Positions 33,095 to 47,140 are shown, counted from the stretch's first letter. The stretch: DNA of 64,000 bases from Macrostomum hystrix (GCA_950097015.1 CATNEN010000006.1:432128-496127), one strand, 5' to 3'. Translations and numbers: made by a program. The notes: a model not told the origin generated them from the letters alone.

Positions 33095-35278
33095 CTCTCC
33101 CTGTCTTATCTCTTCCGGGTCTCCTCTCTCCATGTCTTATCTCTTCCGGGTCTCCTCTCTCCCTGTCTTATCTCTTCCGGGTCTCCTCTCTCCCTGTCTT
33201 ATCTCTCCTAGGTCTCCTCTCTCCCTGTCTTATATCTCTTCGGTCTCCTCTCTCCCTGTCTTTTCTCTCCCTGCCTTATCTCTCCCTGGTCTCCTCTCTC
33301 CCTGTCTTATCTCTCCCGGGTCTCCTCTCGCCCTGTCTTATCTCTCCTGAGTCTCTTCTCTCCCTGTCTTAACTCTCCTGAGTCTCCTCTCTCCCTGTCT
33401 TATCTCTCCCGGATCTTCTCTCACTGTCTTTTCTCTCCCTGTCTTATCTCTCCCTGGTCTCCTCTCTCCCTGTCTTATCTCTCCCTGGTCTCCTCTCTCC
33501 CTGTCTTATCTCTCCCGGGTCTCCTCTCTCCCTGTCTTATCTCTCCCGGGTCTCCTCTCTCCCTGTCTTATCTCTCCCTGGTCTCCTCTCTCCCTGTCTT
33601 ATCTCTCCCGGGTCTCCTCTCTCCCTGTCTTATCTCTCCCGGGTCTCCTCTCTCCCTGTCTTATCTCTCCCTGGTCTTTTCTCTCCCTGTCTTATCTCTC
33701 CCTGGTCTCCTCTCTCCCTGTCTTATCTCTCCCTGGTCTCCTCTCTCCCTGTCTTATCTCTCCCGGGTCTCCTCTCTCCCTGTCTTATCTCTCCCGGGTC
33801 TCCTCTCTCCCTGTCTTATCTCTCCCGGGTCTCCTCTCTCCCTGTCTTATCTCTCCCTGGTCTCCTCTCTCCCTGTCTTATCTCTCCCGGGTCTCCTCTC
33901 TCCCTGTCTTATCTCTCCCTGGTCTCCTCTCTCCCTGTCTTATCTCTCCCTGGTCTCCTCTCTCCCTGTCTTATCTCTCCCGGGTCTCCTCTCTCCCTGT
34001 CTTATCTCTCCCTGGTCTCCTCTCTCCCTGTCTTATCTCTCCCGGGTCTCCTCTCTCCCTGTCTTATCTCTCCCTGGTCTCCTCTCTCCCTGTCTTATCT
34101 CTCCCTGGTCTCCTCTCTCCCTGTCTTATCTCTCCCTGGTCTCCTCTCTCCCTGTCTTATCTCTCCTAGGTCTCCTCTCTCCCTGTCTTATATCTCCTAG
34201 GTCTCCTCTCTCCCTGTCTTATCTCTCCTAGGTCTCCTCTCTCCCTGTCTTATATCTCTTCGGTCTCCTCTCTCCCTGTCTTTTCTCTCCCTGCCTTATC
34301 TCTCCCTGGTCTCCTCTCTCCCTGTCTTATCTCTCCCGGGTCTCCTCTCTCCCTGTCTTATCTCTCCCGGGTCTCCTCTCTCCCTGGTCTCCTCTCTCCC
34401 TGTCTTATCTCTCCTAGGTCTCCTCTCTCCCTGTCTTATATCTCCTAGGTCTCCTCTCTCCCTGTCTTATCTCTCCTAGGTCTCCTCTCTCCCTGTCTTA
34501 TATCTCTTCGGTCTCCTCTCTCCCTGTCTTATCTCTCCCTGTCTTTTCTCTCCCTGCCTTATCTCTCCCGGGTCTCCTCTCTCCCTGTCTTATCTCTCCC
34601 GGGTCTCCTCTCTCCCTGTCTTATCTCTCCCGGGTCTCCTCTCTCCCTGGTCTCCTCTCTCCCTGCCTTATCTCTCCCTGGTCTCCTCTCTCCCTGTCTT
34701 ATCTCTCCCGGGTCTCCTCTCTCCCTGTCTTATCTCTCCAGGGTCTCCTCTCTCCCTGGTCTCCTCTCTCCCTGTCTTATCTCTCCCTGGTCTCCTCTCT
34801 CCCTGTCTTATCTCTCCCTGGTCTCCTCTCTCCCTGTCTTATCTCTCCCTGGTCTCCTCTCTCCCTGTCTTATCTCTCCCTGGTCTCCTCTCTCCCTGTC
34901 TTATCTCTCCCGGGTCTCCTCTCTCCCTGGTCTCCTCTCTCCCTGTCTTATCTCTCCCTGGTCTCCTCTCTCCCTGTCTTATCTCTCCCGGGTCTCCTCT
35001 CTCCCTGTCTTATCTCTCCCGGGTCTCCTCTCTCCCTGTCTTATCTCTCCCTGTCTTATCTCTCCCTGGTCTCCTCTCTCCCTGTCTTTTCTCTCCCGGG
35101 TCTCCTCTCTCCCTGTCTTAACTCTCCTGAGTCTCCTCTCTCCCTGTCTTTTCTCTCCCGGGTCTCCTCTCTCCCTGTCTTATCTCTCCCTGTCTTATCT
35201 CTCCCTGGTCTCCTCTCTCCCTGTCTTTTCTCTCCCGGGTCTCCTCTCTCCCTGTCTTAACTCTCCTGAGTCTCCTCT
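33095..35278. repeat. Pyrimidine-rich ~31-bp satellite (CTCCTCTCTCCCTGTCTTATCTCTCCCGGGT)n, ~70 copies
   Basis: Directly visible. Confidence 0.97.
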
Positions 35279-36136
35279 ATCTACTCTACTCCACTGTTGT
35301 GTGTTTCAAGCAAATAACAGGCCAATGATAAGAAGTACTCACAATAGAATGAGAAGCTGCTGAGTCATTTGTTCATTCCTGAATTGTGATTTATGATCCA
35401 TCAATGCAAGCCAATAATAAGGTCGAAAAAAGAAGCTGTGTGTTGATCAGCGATCGAGTTTTCAATGGAAAAGAAGAGAAAGGGAAATAATCTGTCGCAG
35501 CGATTACGTCAGCAGAGTGGGGGGACAGGATTTGACGGGATTGCCTGGTACCAGCCAGTCCTCCTCACTTCAAGTCACTTCGCTAATCGTTTGTGGCAAT
35601 CAATTCAATTGAAATTAAAGACTTCGGCTGTCCACTCCGAGGGGCGGACCGATTTTCTCCCTTCAAATCCGCACCAAATAATCCCACTTTCCATAGCGGG
35701 ACTGGGGCAAATCTTTCTGGCTCTGCCCTCGGAGTCCGCGTGAAAATTCATATTTTACTGGGACTCAAAGCCTTGGAAAACTGGCTCCACGCTGGCTCAG
35801 CAATTTCTGGGAAGTGGGTCGGCTGTGTTGCGCAATGGGGTTTTCAAGTCTCCACAATTTCGCGCATGCAGATTGAAGGTGAGTTTAGTATGCTCAACTA
35901 AATAAATCTGGATGAGCAGAATAGGAGGGCTGGCATTGTTGCAGATGAGCAACTCAACTGGGCAAAGCCACAAATCCCATTATTCGGTGGTAAGCTTCTA
36001 CTTGAGAAAGATTTAAGTACATTTTTGCTCTGAACTGCTGCGAGTTCTGCTTGATTGAATTTGGCCTCAAATGGCTCCCGGAATAACTAGAGCTGCTAGC
36101 TTTGCCCCCGGGCGATTTTAACACAATCCGCCGTTA

Positions 36137-36181
36137 GATAGATAGATAGTTAGATAGATATATAGATAGATAGATAGATAT

Positions 36182-36213
<32 letters not shown>

Positions 36214-36388
36214 TTAGATAGATAGATAGATAGATATATAGATAGATAGATAGATATATAGATAGATAGATAGATAGATAGATAGTTAGATAGATAGATA
36301 GATAGATATATAGATAGATAGATAGATAGATAGATATATAGATAGATAGATAGATGATAGATAGATGATAGATAGATGATAGATAGAT

Positions 36389-36419
<31 letters not shown>

Positions 36420-36467
36420 GATAGATAGATGATAGATAGATAGATGATAGATAGATGATAGATAGAT

Positions 36468-36498
<31 letters not shown>

Positions 36499-36530
36499 GA
36501 TAGATAGATGATAGATGATAGATAGATAGA
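36137..36530. repeat. (GATA)n microsatellite
   Basis: About 95 units with interruptions. Confidence 0.97.
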
Positions 36531-36997
36531 AAGATGTTCTGGTTTTTTGTCAGTCAGTCAGTCAGCCAGTCAGTCAAACTATTTCTAACACTATTTCTAA
36601 GACTGGGCCAATAATAGTGTCCATTTCCTGCTATAATGGATCATGGCGCTGACTTGCGTAACATCAGACAAACCTGATACAGGGACCCCAACAAATTCTT
36701 TTGTTCAATTTCAACTTCCATTTCCTCTATTTTATAATCGTCTAATTTTTTGGCTTTAATGCAGTAATTTTTGTCGCAGAAAGTGACACTTTTAGTGTTT
36801 AGTCCCTGTTCCGCATTGTCTGCCAGCGGAACTCTGATAAATGCCTTTTAGGGCCCACCCTAATGTATCGTTTCCATTTTTATAGTGAGGCAATTATAAA
36901 AATGCTCAATACGTAAGTTTAATGAGCAAACATGATTTATATAGTGTGACTGAACCAAGACCATCGGCTGACAAATTAACATACACTAAGAATTAGT

Positions 36998-39900
36998 GTG
37001 AATGAAATGACACCTCTGACTCAATATTAAGGTGAATTAAATGACACCTTTGACTCAATATTAAGGTGAATGAAATGACACCTCTGACTCAATTATTAAA
37101 GTGAATGAAATGACACCTCTGACTCAATATTAAGGTGAATGAAATGACAACTCTGACTCAATATTAAGGTGAATGAAATGACACCTCTGACTCAATATTA
37201 AGGTGAATGAAATGACACCTCTGACTCAATATTAAGGTGAATGAAATGACACCTCTGACTCAATATTAAGGTGAATGAAATGACACCTCTGACTCAATAT
37301 TACGGTGAATGAAATGACACCTCTGACTCAATATTAAGGTGAATGAAATGACACGTCTGACTCAATATTAAGGTGAATGAAATGACACCTCTGACTCAAT
37401 ATTAAGGTGAATGAAATGACACCTCTGACTCAATATTAAGGTGAATGAAATGACACCTCTGACTCAATATTAAGGTGAATGAAATGACACGTCTGACTCA
37501 TTATTAAGGTGAATGAAATGACACCTCTGACTCAATATTAAGGTGAATGAAATGACACCTCTGACTCAATATTAAGGTGAATGAAATGACACCTCTGACT
37601 CAATATTAAGGTGAATGAAATGACACGTCTGACTCATTATTAAGGTGAATGAAATGACACCTCTGACTCAATATTAAGGTGAATGAAATGACACGTCTGA
37701 CTCATTATTAAGGTGAATGAAATGACACCTCTGACTCAATATTAAGGTGAATGAAATGACACGTCTGACTCAATATTAAGGTGAATGAAATGACACCTCT
37801 GACTCAATATTAAGGTGAATGAAATGACACCTCTGACTCAATATTAAGGTGAATGAAATGACACCTCTGACTCAATATTAAGGTGAATGAAATGACACAT
37901 CTGACTCAATATTAAGGTGAATGAAATGACACCTCTGACTCAATATTAAGGTGAATGAAATGACACCTCTGACTCAATATTAAGGTGAATGAAATGACAC
38001 CTCTGACTCAATATTAAGGTGAATGAAATGACACCTCTGACTCAATATTAAGGTGAATGAAATGACACCTCTGACTCAATATTAAGGTGAATAAAATGAA
38101 ACGTCTGACTCAATATTAAGGTGAATGAAATGACTCCTCTGACTCAATATTAAGGTGAATGAAATGACACCTCTGACTCAATATTAAGGTGAATGAAATG
38201 ACACCTCTGACTCAATATTAAGGTGAATAAAATGACACCTCTGACTCAATATTAAGGTGAATGAAATGACACCTCTGACTCAATATTAAGGTGAATGAAA
38301 TGACACCTCTGACTCAATATTACGGTGAATGAAATGACACCTCTGACTCAATATTAAGGTGAATGAAATGACACCTCTGACTCAATATTACGGTGAATGA
38401 AATGACACCTCTGACTCAATATTAAGGTGAATGAAATGACACCTCTGACTCAATATTAAGGTGAATGAAATGACACCTCTGACTCAATATTACGGTGAAT
38501 GAAATGACACCTCTGACTCAATATTACGGTGAATGAAATGACACGTCTGACTCAATATTAAGGTGAATGAAATGACACCTCTGACTCAATATTAAGGTGA
38601 ATGAAATGACACCTCTGACTCAATATTAAGGTGAATGAAATGACACCTCTGACTCAATATTAAGGTGAATGAAATGACACCTCTGACTCAATATTAAGGT
38701 GAATGAAATGACACCTCTGACTCAATATTAAGGTGAATGAAATGACACCTCTGACTCAATATTAAGGTGAATGAAATGACACCTCTGACTCAATATTAAG
38801 GTGAATGAAATGACACCTCTGACTCAATATTAAGGTGAATGAAATGACACCTCTGACTCAATATTAAGGTGAATGAAATGACTCCTCTGACTCAATATTA
38901 AGGTGAATGAAATGACACCTCTGACTCAATATTAAGGTGAATGAAATGACACCTCTGACTCAATATTAAGGTGAATGAAATGACACCTCTGACTCAATAT
39001 TAAGGTGAATGAAATGACACCTCTGACTCAATATTACGGTGAATGAAATGACACCTCTGACTCAATATTAAGGTGAATGAAATGACACCTCTGACTCAAT
39101 ATTAAGGTGAATGAAATGACACCTCTGACTCAATATTAAGGTGAATAAAATGACACCTCTGACTCAATATTAAGGTGAATGAAATGACACCTCTGACTCA
39201 ATATTAAGGTGAATGAAATGACACCTCTGACTCAATATTACGGTGAATGAAATGACACCTCTGACTCAATATTAAGGTGAATGAAATGACACCTCTGACT
39301 CAATATTACGGTGAATGAAATGACACCTCTGACTCAATATTAAGGTGAATGAAATGACACCTCTGACTCAATATTAAGGTGAATGAAATGACACCTCTGA
39401 CTCAATATTACGGTGAATGAAATGACACCTCTGACTCAATATTACGGTGAATGAAATGACACGTCTGACTCAATATTAAGGTGAATGAAATGACACCTCT
39501 GACTCAATATTAAGGTGAATGAAATGACACCTCTGACTCAATATTAAGGTGAATGAAATGACACCTCTGACTCAATATTAAGGTGAATGAAATGACACGT
39601 CTGACTCATTATTAAGGTGAATGAAATGACACCTCTGACTCAATATTAAGGTGAATGAAATGACACCTCTGACTCAATATTAAGGTGAATGAAATGACAC
39701 GTCTGACTCAATATTAAGGTGAATGAAATGACACGTCTGACTCAATATTAAGGTGAATGAAATGACACCTCTGACTCATTATTAAGGTGAATGAAATGAC
39801 ACGTCTGACTCAATATTAAGGTGAATGAAATGACACCTCTGACTCAATATTAAGGTGAATGAAATGACACCTCTGACTCAATATTAAGGTGAATGAAATG

Positions 39901-41229
39901 ACACCTCTGACTCAATATTAAGGTGAATGAAATGACACCTCTGACTCAATATTAAGGTGAATGAAATGACACCTCTGACTCAATATTAAGGTGAATGAAA
40001 TGACACCTCTGACTCAATATTAAGGTGAATGAAATGACACCTCTGACTCAATATTAAGGTGAATGAAATGACACCTCTGACTCAATATTAAGGTGAATGA
40101 AATGACACCTCTGACTCAATATTAAGGTGAATGAAATGACTCCTCTGACTCAATATTAAGGTGAATGAAATGACACCTCTGACTCAATATTAAGGTGAAT
40201 GAAATGACACCTCTGACTCAATATTAAGGTGAATGAAATGACACCTCTGACTCAATATTAAGGTGAATGAAATGACACCTCTGACTCAATATTAAGGTGA
40301 ATGAAATGACTCCTCTGACTCAATATTAAGGTGAATGAAATGACACCTCTGACTCAATATTAAGGTGAATGAAATGACACCTCTGACTCAATATTAAGGT
40401 GAATGAAATGACACCTCTGACTCAATATTAAGGTGAATGAAATGACACCTCTGACTCAATATTAAGGTGAATGAAATGACACCTCTGACTCAATATTACG
40501 GTGAATGAAATGACACCTCTGACTCAATATTAAGGTGAATGAAATGACACCTCTGACTCAATATTAAGGTGAATGAAATGACACCTCTGACTCAATATTA
40601 AGGTGAATGAAATGACACCTCTGACTCAATATTAAGGTGAATGAAATGACTCCTCTGACTCAATATTAAGGTGAATGAAATGACACCTCTGACTCAATAT
40701 TAAGGTGAATGAAATGACACCTCTGACTCAATATTAAGGTGAATGAAATGACACCTCTGACTCAATATTAAGGTGAATGAAATGACTCCTCTGACTCAAT
40801 ATTAAGGTGAATGAAATGACACCTCTGACTCAATATTAAGGTGAATGAAATGACACCTCTGACTCAATATTAAGGTGAATGAAATGACACCTCTGACTCA
40901 ATATTAAGGTGAATGAAATGACACCTCTGACTCAATATTAAGGTGAATGAAATGACTCCTCTGACTCAATATTAAGGTGAATGAAATGACACCTCTGACT
41001 CAATATTAAGGTGAATGAAATGACACCTCTGACTCAATATTAAGGTGAATGAAATGACACCTCTGACTCAATATTAAGGTGAATGAAATGACACCTCTGA
41101 CTCAATATTAAGGTGAATGAAATGACACCTCTGACTCAATATTACGGTGAATGAAATGACACCTCTGACTCAATATTAAGGTGAATGAAATGACACCTCT
41201 GACTCAATATTAAGGTGAATGAAATGACA
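36998..41229. repeat. 34-bp satellite (GTGAATGAAATGACACCTCTGACTCAATATTAAG)n, ~124 copies, highly homogeneous
   Basis: Directly visible. Each unit carries TGACTCA. Confidence 0.98.
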
Positions 41230-42057
41230 TGTGACCCAAAGTTTTTATTAGGGATTAACTCAAGATTAGTGTGATGGGCATGACCTCATCAAGCCGAGAT
41301 TGTTGTGAACGGAATGACATCTCCCGAACCAGATCCCGTACTTCAAACTGACACCAGAAAAGTGGGTTGTAAGCTCGTGTTTTTCGAGTGTGTCCCACCG
41401 CCCAGTGCCTAGGAACAAGCATTATCTACCTTGTAGTCAAATTATCTCCAGTGCACAGGAGAAACCCCACATTAGTTGCAGCTGCTGATAAGGAACAAAA
41501 GGCTGCACAGAAAATTGACAGCTCGACCCGCAAATAAACCGCTTCGCCTTGTGAAGAACTCTTTGGAAGTCCCTGTCAAAACTTTTCCCTTCGCGTTATA
41601 ATTGGCAGGGAGGGGAGGGTAGCCCCCACATATACCTGGCCAATGGCTTCGCAAAACTTCTCTCGCTGCCAAACTCGTGAACTCGCCTGTAGAGAGTTCA
41701 GATCCCATCCCAGACAGCACTAAAAGCTGGTGTCAATCTTAAAATCCAATTTTTCCATCCCAGGGATTCCCAGCTACCCCATAGCTGCAACTGCCCCAAT
41801 TTACCTGGCCCAATGGCAGGTGTTTATCTCCGGCTGGCCATCTTTTCTGCTTTTTTAGCAGCTCGAATTACCGGCCGGAAACTCGATTGCTGCAAATTGC
41901 TGAGCCACCGAATGAAGAATTTCAATAAGCAGTTTGCTTCTTGTCTGTTGAAAGTTTCACAAAGACTTCATTGTGTGAACTTTTAATGGCAGAAAGTTTC
42001 ATAGATTTTGGAATAGGGCAATTCTTGAACTGAACCCTCAATTGCACCAATAGTTTA

Positions 42058-42404
42058 TAATAATAATAATTGCAGGAGGGCTGCAGGCAGTGGCACATCA
42101 TTGGGTGTTACTTTGGAGGCAATTCTGCCAATTTCGCTGACTCCTGAGCACACACGCACACAGATATCTTACACAGGCACACGCTCACACAGGTGTGTAC
42201 ATCTGCCCTGACTTTCTCATCGTCAGGCAGTGTACACTTTCACTGTGCCTTGGAGGTTGGCCATCAAGGGCGTAAATTGCACGACAAGCCCCCAAGCCTT
42301 CTCTCCGCGGCTGCGCCCCAAATGAATGTGGCCTCGCCGTGGAATTGAACTTAGGGACCGTGGTGCGAGAGGCAAACGCGTTAACCCCTCTGCCACCGAC
42401 CCCC
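42058..42404 (-). mobile_element. SINE family A copy
   Basis: Full length. Possible TSD TGCACCA (42043-42049, 42405-42411). Confidence 0.88.
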
Positions 42405-42411
42405 TGCACCA

Positions 42412-42515
42412 GTCTTCAGAAACCCGAATCTTCAGAAACCCGAATCTTCAGAAACCCGAATCTTCAGAAACCCGAATCTTCAGAAACCCGAATCTTCAGA
42501 AACCCGAATCTTCGA
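42412..42515. repeat. 16-bp repeat (TTCAGAAACCCGAATC)n, ~6 copies
   Basis: Directly visible. Confidence 0.92.
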
Positions 42516-43369
42516 AAAACCCGAAAGATTTTGACGATGTGAAATTGTAGCTGAAAAGTTACGGTCCTTTGAGGTTCGGTTCATCAGTAGTTTCGGTCAT
42601 TTGAAGTTTCAGTCATTTGAAGTTTCGGTCATTTGAAGTTTCGGTCATTTAAAGTGTCATTTAACTAGGGGAAATAATAAAGTCACTGAAAGTGTGTCTG
42701 TGTGAAAATTCGAAATTGAAAAAATGATGCTGAAAATTGATACGAGAATAAACAGAGAACTATAGAGGGCTGCCATTTGGGATTATTCTCCCACAAAAAA
42801 ACCAAACCGTGACGGCTTGTCAACTCGTATAAGACTCAGCGTCACTTTTTTGAGTAGTGATAAAAACTAGTTTTTTTTCTCTCGATCATGCATCTACTGT
42901 CCCATCGGGATATGAGCATGGGATCTCAATTCTTCCATCGAGAAAAAATCCTCACAGAACTTCATATACTCGTTCGATCATTCCTTCATCTTTGCTTATA
43001 CTCACTGTTATATTGTTTGTCTATAGCCTGCAACTGGCTCTCAATTTGATAACTCTGACAGGGCAGGAATTCAAACTGGTGATCTATTGCGTCATAAGTC
43101 GATCACCCTCGACTCAGTCTCTACTCAGATTCTATTGCATAGCAACAATCTCTGACAGTTGTGAAATGAAATGCAAATTAATCTGAGTCAGTGGTAATTG
43201 TTTATTAGAATTGAAAGATTATCTGGAATTTTCTGGAAATTTAAATAACTTCGGCTGACATGACGGTTCGGGAAGCGGGAAAATGTGAAGATTTTGGGAC
43301 TTCTGTGCATCATTTCGGAACACCAGGAATCTTGAATTTTCGAAAAATCTGCAGCTTTGGAAATTCTCT

Positions 43370-44003
43370 ACTTTCGGGAGTTCTGCAGTTTCGGGGATTC
43401 TGCAGTTTCGGGAATTCTGCAGTTTTGGGAATTCTGCAGTTTCGGGAATTCTGCAGTTTCGGGAATTCATCAGTTTCGGGAATTCTGCAGTTCCGGGAAT
43501 TCTGCAGTTTCGGGAGTTCTGCAGTTTCGGGGATTCTGCAGTCTCGGCAGTTCTGCAGTTTCGGGAATTCTGCAGTTTCGGGAATTTAGCAGTTTCGGGA
43601 GTTCTGCAGTTTCGGGAGTTCTGCTGTTTCGGGAGTTCTGCAGTTTCGGGAGTTCTGCTGTTTCGGGAGTTCTGCAGTTTCGGGAATTCTGCAGTTTTGG
43701 GAATTCATCAGTTTTGGGAATTCTGCAGTTTCGGGGATTCTGCAGTCTCGGGAGTTCTGCAGTTTCGGGAATTCTGCAGTTTCGGGAATTCCGCAGTTTC
43801 GTGAATTCTGCAGTTCCGGGAGTTCTGCAGTTTCGGGAATTCTGCAGTTTCGGGAGTTCTGCAGTTTTAGGAATTCATCAGTTTTAGGAATTCTACAGTT
43901 TCGGGAATTCTGCAGTTTCAGGAATTCTGCAGTTTCAGGAATTCTGCAGTTTCGGGAATTCTGCAGTTTCGGGAATTCTGCAGTTTCGGGAATTCTGCAG
44001 TTT
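43370..44003. repeat. 17-bp minisatellite (GGAATTCTGCAGTTTCG)n, ~37 copies
   Basis: Directly visible. Confidence 0.95.
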
Positions 44004-44459
44004 TGAGAGTTTAGAATGTAGGAAAAATCCGCGACTGAAAACCAGAACTACGAAACCAAGAATGAAAATTTGAGCTCAAAAGTTTGCAAAAGTCGCACCG
44101 AAAAAAACGGCGGTTTTCTTTGTTTAGCAAGACAACGGAAATGGAAGTGTAGTATTGGAATTGGTCCGTGTCACTTCAAGTTTTTGTAATAAGATTATTA
44201 AAACTTATTGAGACCATTGATCGGATATTGCTAGTGTTTGCCCCCCTCCCGGAGACGGTTGCCAAGGACTGAGTCCTGCGGGCCTCTCAACAGTTTGAAT
44301 TTGCTCTTCGCAAACAGAATAAAAACTTATGATTGTTTATTCGGCCGTTCAACTGGCCTGTCTCAGACTGTTTTAAAAGGGCTGGCGGTCCTAACGATAC
44401 TGAGAATGAAAGCTGCTGGTGGAGAGAATTAATTTCAGTCAAAGTTTGATTTAAATTAC

Positions 44460-44770
44460 AAGGAAAGAGAACATGCGGAAGGAGGGAGATGCCAGACATG
44501 ATAAGGGATGGGGAGAGGAGCGAGGACAGGGGAGAAGTAGAGAGTAGAAATGTAGGGCAAGAGGAGAGAGGAGAGAGATAAGGGAGAAGAGAGAGGAGAG
44601 GGGAGAGAGAGGAGAGGAGAGAGGAGGGGAGAGGAGGGGAGGGAGGGAGAGGAGATGAAGCAAGAGAGAGAAGAGGAGATTGGAGGAGGGTGAATAAAGA
44701 TGAGAAGAGAGATAGAGTAGAGAGGTAGAGAGAGTGAGAGAAAAGAGAGAGGTAGAGGGGAGAGAGAGGC
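44460..44770. repeat. GA-rich low-complexity tract
   Basis: Near-pure purine run. Confidence 0.85.
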
Positions 44771-45199
44771 TAGCAATATATGATAGAATGAGCAGGAGAG
44801 GGTGGCAAAAGCAGACAGAACTAACAAAAACGCGTTCAAGAAATCAGACAAAGGACACGACAGACAAAAATGACAAAAGAAGAGTGTCTTTTATAACGAC
44901 AAAGGCAGAAAATACTTGTATTTTAAGGGAAAACAGCTTTAAAGACAAAGACGGGAAGATTTTAAATACAAGGGCGCTAAACGACAAGGAGAGAGAGATT
45001 GGCGGGGGCCGTTGTCAGTGGCAACGGCGCAGTTATCCCACTCTTTTAGAGTCAGCGACCCTAATGGAGTCACTCTGTCTGTAGGGGGATGCGAAGCATA
45101 GACAAAGAATGCCTAGATCCATGTTAAAACAAGTTTCAATAGCGAGGACTACTGCACAAAACATTTAAGACTCTGGTCTTTGTTGCGGAAGGTTTATTT

Positions 45200-46000
45200 G
45201 CTTTGCAATCCCCTATGCAAAGCTGTAAGCTTCCAAATCCCCAGAGTGAGGCCGCGCCTGACTGCGCGGCAATCTTGACACTCCAAGCGGCACCCCGAGC
45301 GATGAAGTGTGATGCAGCTCAGCGGGTGGGAGGCGAAAGTCATATGTGATATTGGGAGAATATAGTGATTGACACTTGGCTTCACGAGACAATTGATTGG
45401 TTGAGACTTGGATCTGGAATAGTGAAATTATCATGTCAAAACTGTCAGCCCTTGTCAAAGTGAAAGTTCCCCAATCCCAAAAGATCCCTAAATTTCAGCA
45501 GCCAATGCTCAAATTTGCTTCCCGGCAAATAATTGGGGGGTTTGTTGCACCTCCCCACTCACAATGGACGGAGTGAGCAGTGGGTGGAAAATGAGGAAAT
45601 GGCAGTCGGCTTGACTCCGCCCATTCACCAGCTTTCTAAAATTTCTTCACTTAAAAGAAGACCCTTTGAATTGGAGAGAGAAATAATGGCAAGAGGGAAG
45701 GATGGGGAACCAGCTGCTCCCCCCGATGACCAGGCGGCAGTGACCACTTGTCTGATGAATCGATGACGCAATACCGGTTCAGTTTCCCTTGAATTTCTTC
45801 TCTACAACGGGTTCGCTCGCTGGTCAAGTATTCAAGCAGCCCCCGGTCCACTTTCTCTTCACAATCTTCAAGCACAGGGAGACCCGACGAGAATATCCCC
45901 GTTCTATTTATTTTTTTCATAGTGTAATTATATACCTCACAGCTCGGGTTGGGCTGATTTCAATGCCGATATTGTTCCGAGACGGAACTGCGGAAACTGG
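45200..46000 (-). pseudogene. Possible heavily decayed non-LTR retrotransposon RT fragment
   Basis: Minus-strand remnants occur in RT order: RGEQLVPHPSLLPLFLSPI (domain 4-like), QLFAGK (LFADD-like) and SLGVPLG (YLG-like). All are broken by stops or frameshifts. Confidence 0.35.
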
Positions 46001-46696
46001 AAGCAGAGTTGGTCCCGGCACGTGTCTGACTCCTTTAATTATTGGCCAATTCGCAATGCGCCAGCATCTTCACCTTCAGGTAAAATTATAATGTGCTGCC
46101 AGCTGGCGATGCTAAAGCCTTCAAATTTTCTGCTTTTCTCTCTTCTAGCGGAAGAAGTGGACTTGAAGGCTTTCTGACCATTCTGAAAGCCGCTGTCTTG
46201 TCCCAGGTCTTTGTCTCGGCTCTCCAGAAATTAAAGCCAGAAAATTAAATTCGACCAGTCTAATTATCTGCGATTATAGAATGGGAAATTTCGGAAACGA
46301 TGCGCGGATCTTAATTAACTTGCTCATTTGTACTGTGCTGGAAGTTGAATTTTATTCCTAACAGTTTTATCCGACCGAATATTTACAATGGAATTTATCT
46401 GAACCCAGTCGAAAGGGAAGCCAGGAAAAAGATTTCGCGGTGAGACGCATTGAAACTTGGCAAGGATTTGTGTATTTTGTGCGCCAAAATGTCAATAATT
46501 CCCACAGCTAAGGATTTCAAGAGGCTGCATGACGGCAATGAGAATCGGAGACTGTGATTTAAAGGATTCTTGCAGCACTTAGTCGCGTGAATTTAAAAGT
46601 ACACGCTTCACTTGCTTCAGCTTAGACAGATGGCGCTAATAGTTTGGGTGTCGGACTTAAGTCTTGAAGGTCGGGGGTTCGATTCCCGACTCCATT

Positions 46697-46940
46697 AATA
46701 ATAATTGTAGGAGGGTTGAGGGCAATGGCACATCATTTGGTGACACTAGACCCGCAGCAGCGAGGAGGCAATTCTGCCCATTTCGCTGACACCTGAGCAC
46801 ACACTCACACAGGTGTGTACATCTGCCCTGACGTTCTCATCGTCAGGCAGTACGCTTTCACTGTGCCTTGGAGGTTGGCCATCAAGGGTGTAAACTGCAC
46901 GACAAGCCCCCAAGCCTTCACTCGGCGGCTGCACCCCGAG
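46697..46940 (-). mobile_element. SINE family A copy lacking its head
   Basis: Tail and body match family A. It abuts a tRNA-like head at ~46625-46695. Confidence 0.82.
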
Positions 46941-47140
46941 TGAAGTTATACTTTTCAGCTAAGTGAGAAACAGTGAGAAACAGGTCATGAAAACCCCAGC
47001 AAAGTTGTATCGACTATTGGTCCAACCAATGGTCTGGCTGGCTTGCCAACCAATAAGCTTGCGAGCTGAAATCTCTCCACTAAATTGCTAAATAAATTCA
47101 TTTTTCATTTTGAATTGCAGATGCTCACATCTGTTCTAAG

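Noticed and set aside
36998-41229. 34-bp periodic array (and the 32-bp and 34-bp arrays at 13.2 and 21.2 kb) resembling CRISPR repeat lengths
   Set aside because: Units are contiguous with no unique spacers, there are no cas genes, and the context is eukaryotic. These are satellites.
46625-46695. tRNA-like sequences here and at ~3355, ~10450, ~19850 and ~51110
   Set aside because: They have A/B-box remnants but no complete cloverleaf with a paired acceptor stem. They are treated as SINE heads, not tRNA genes.
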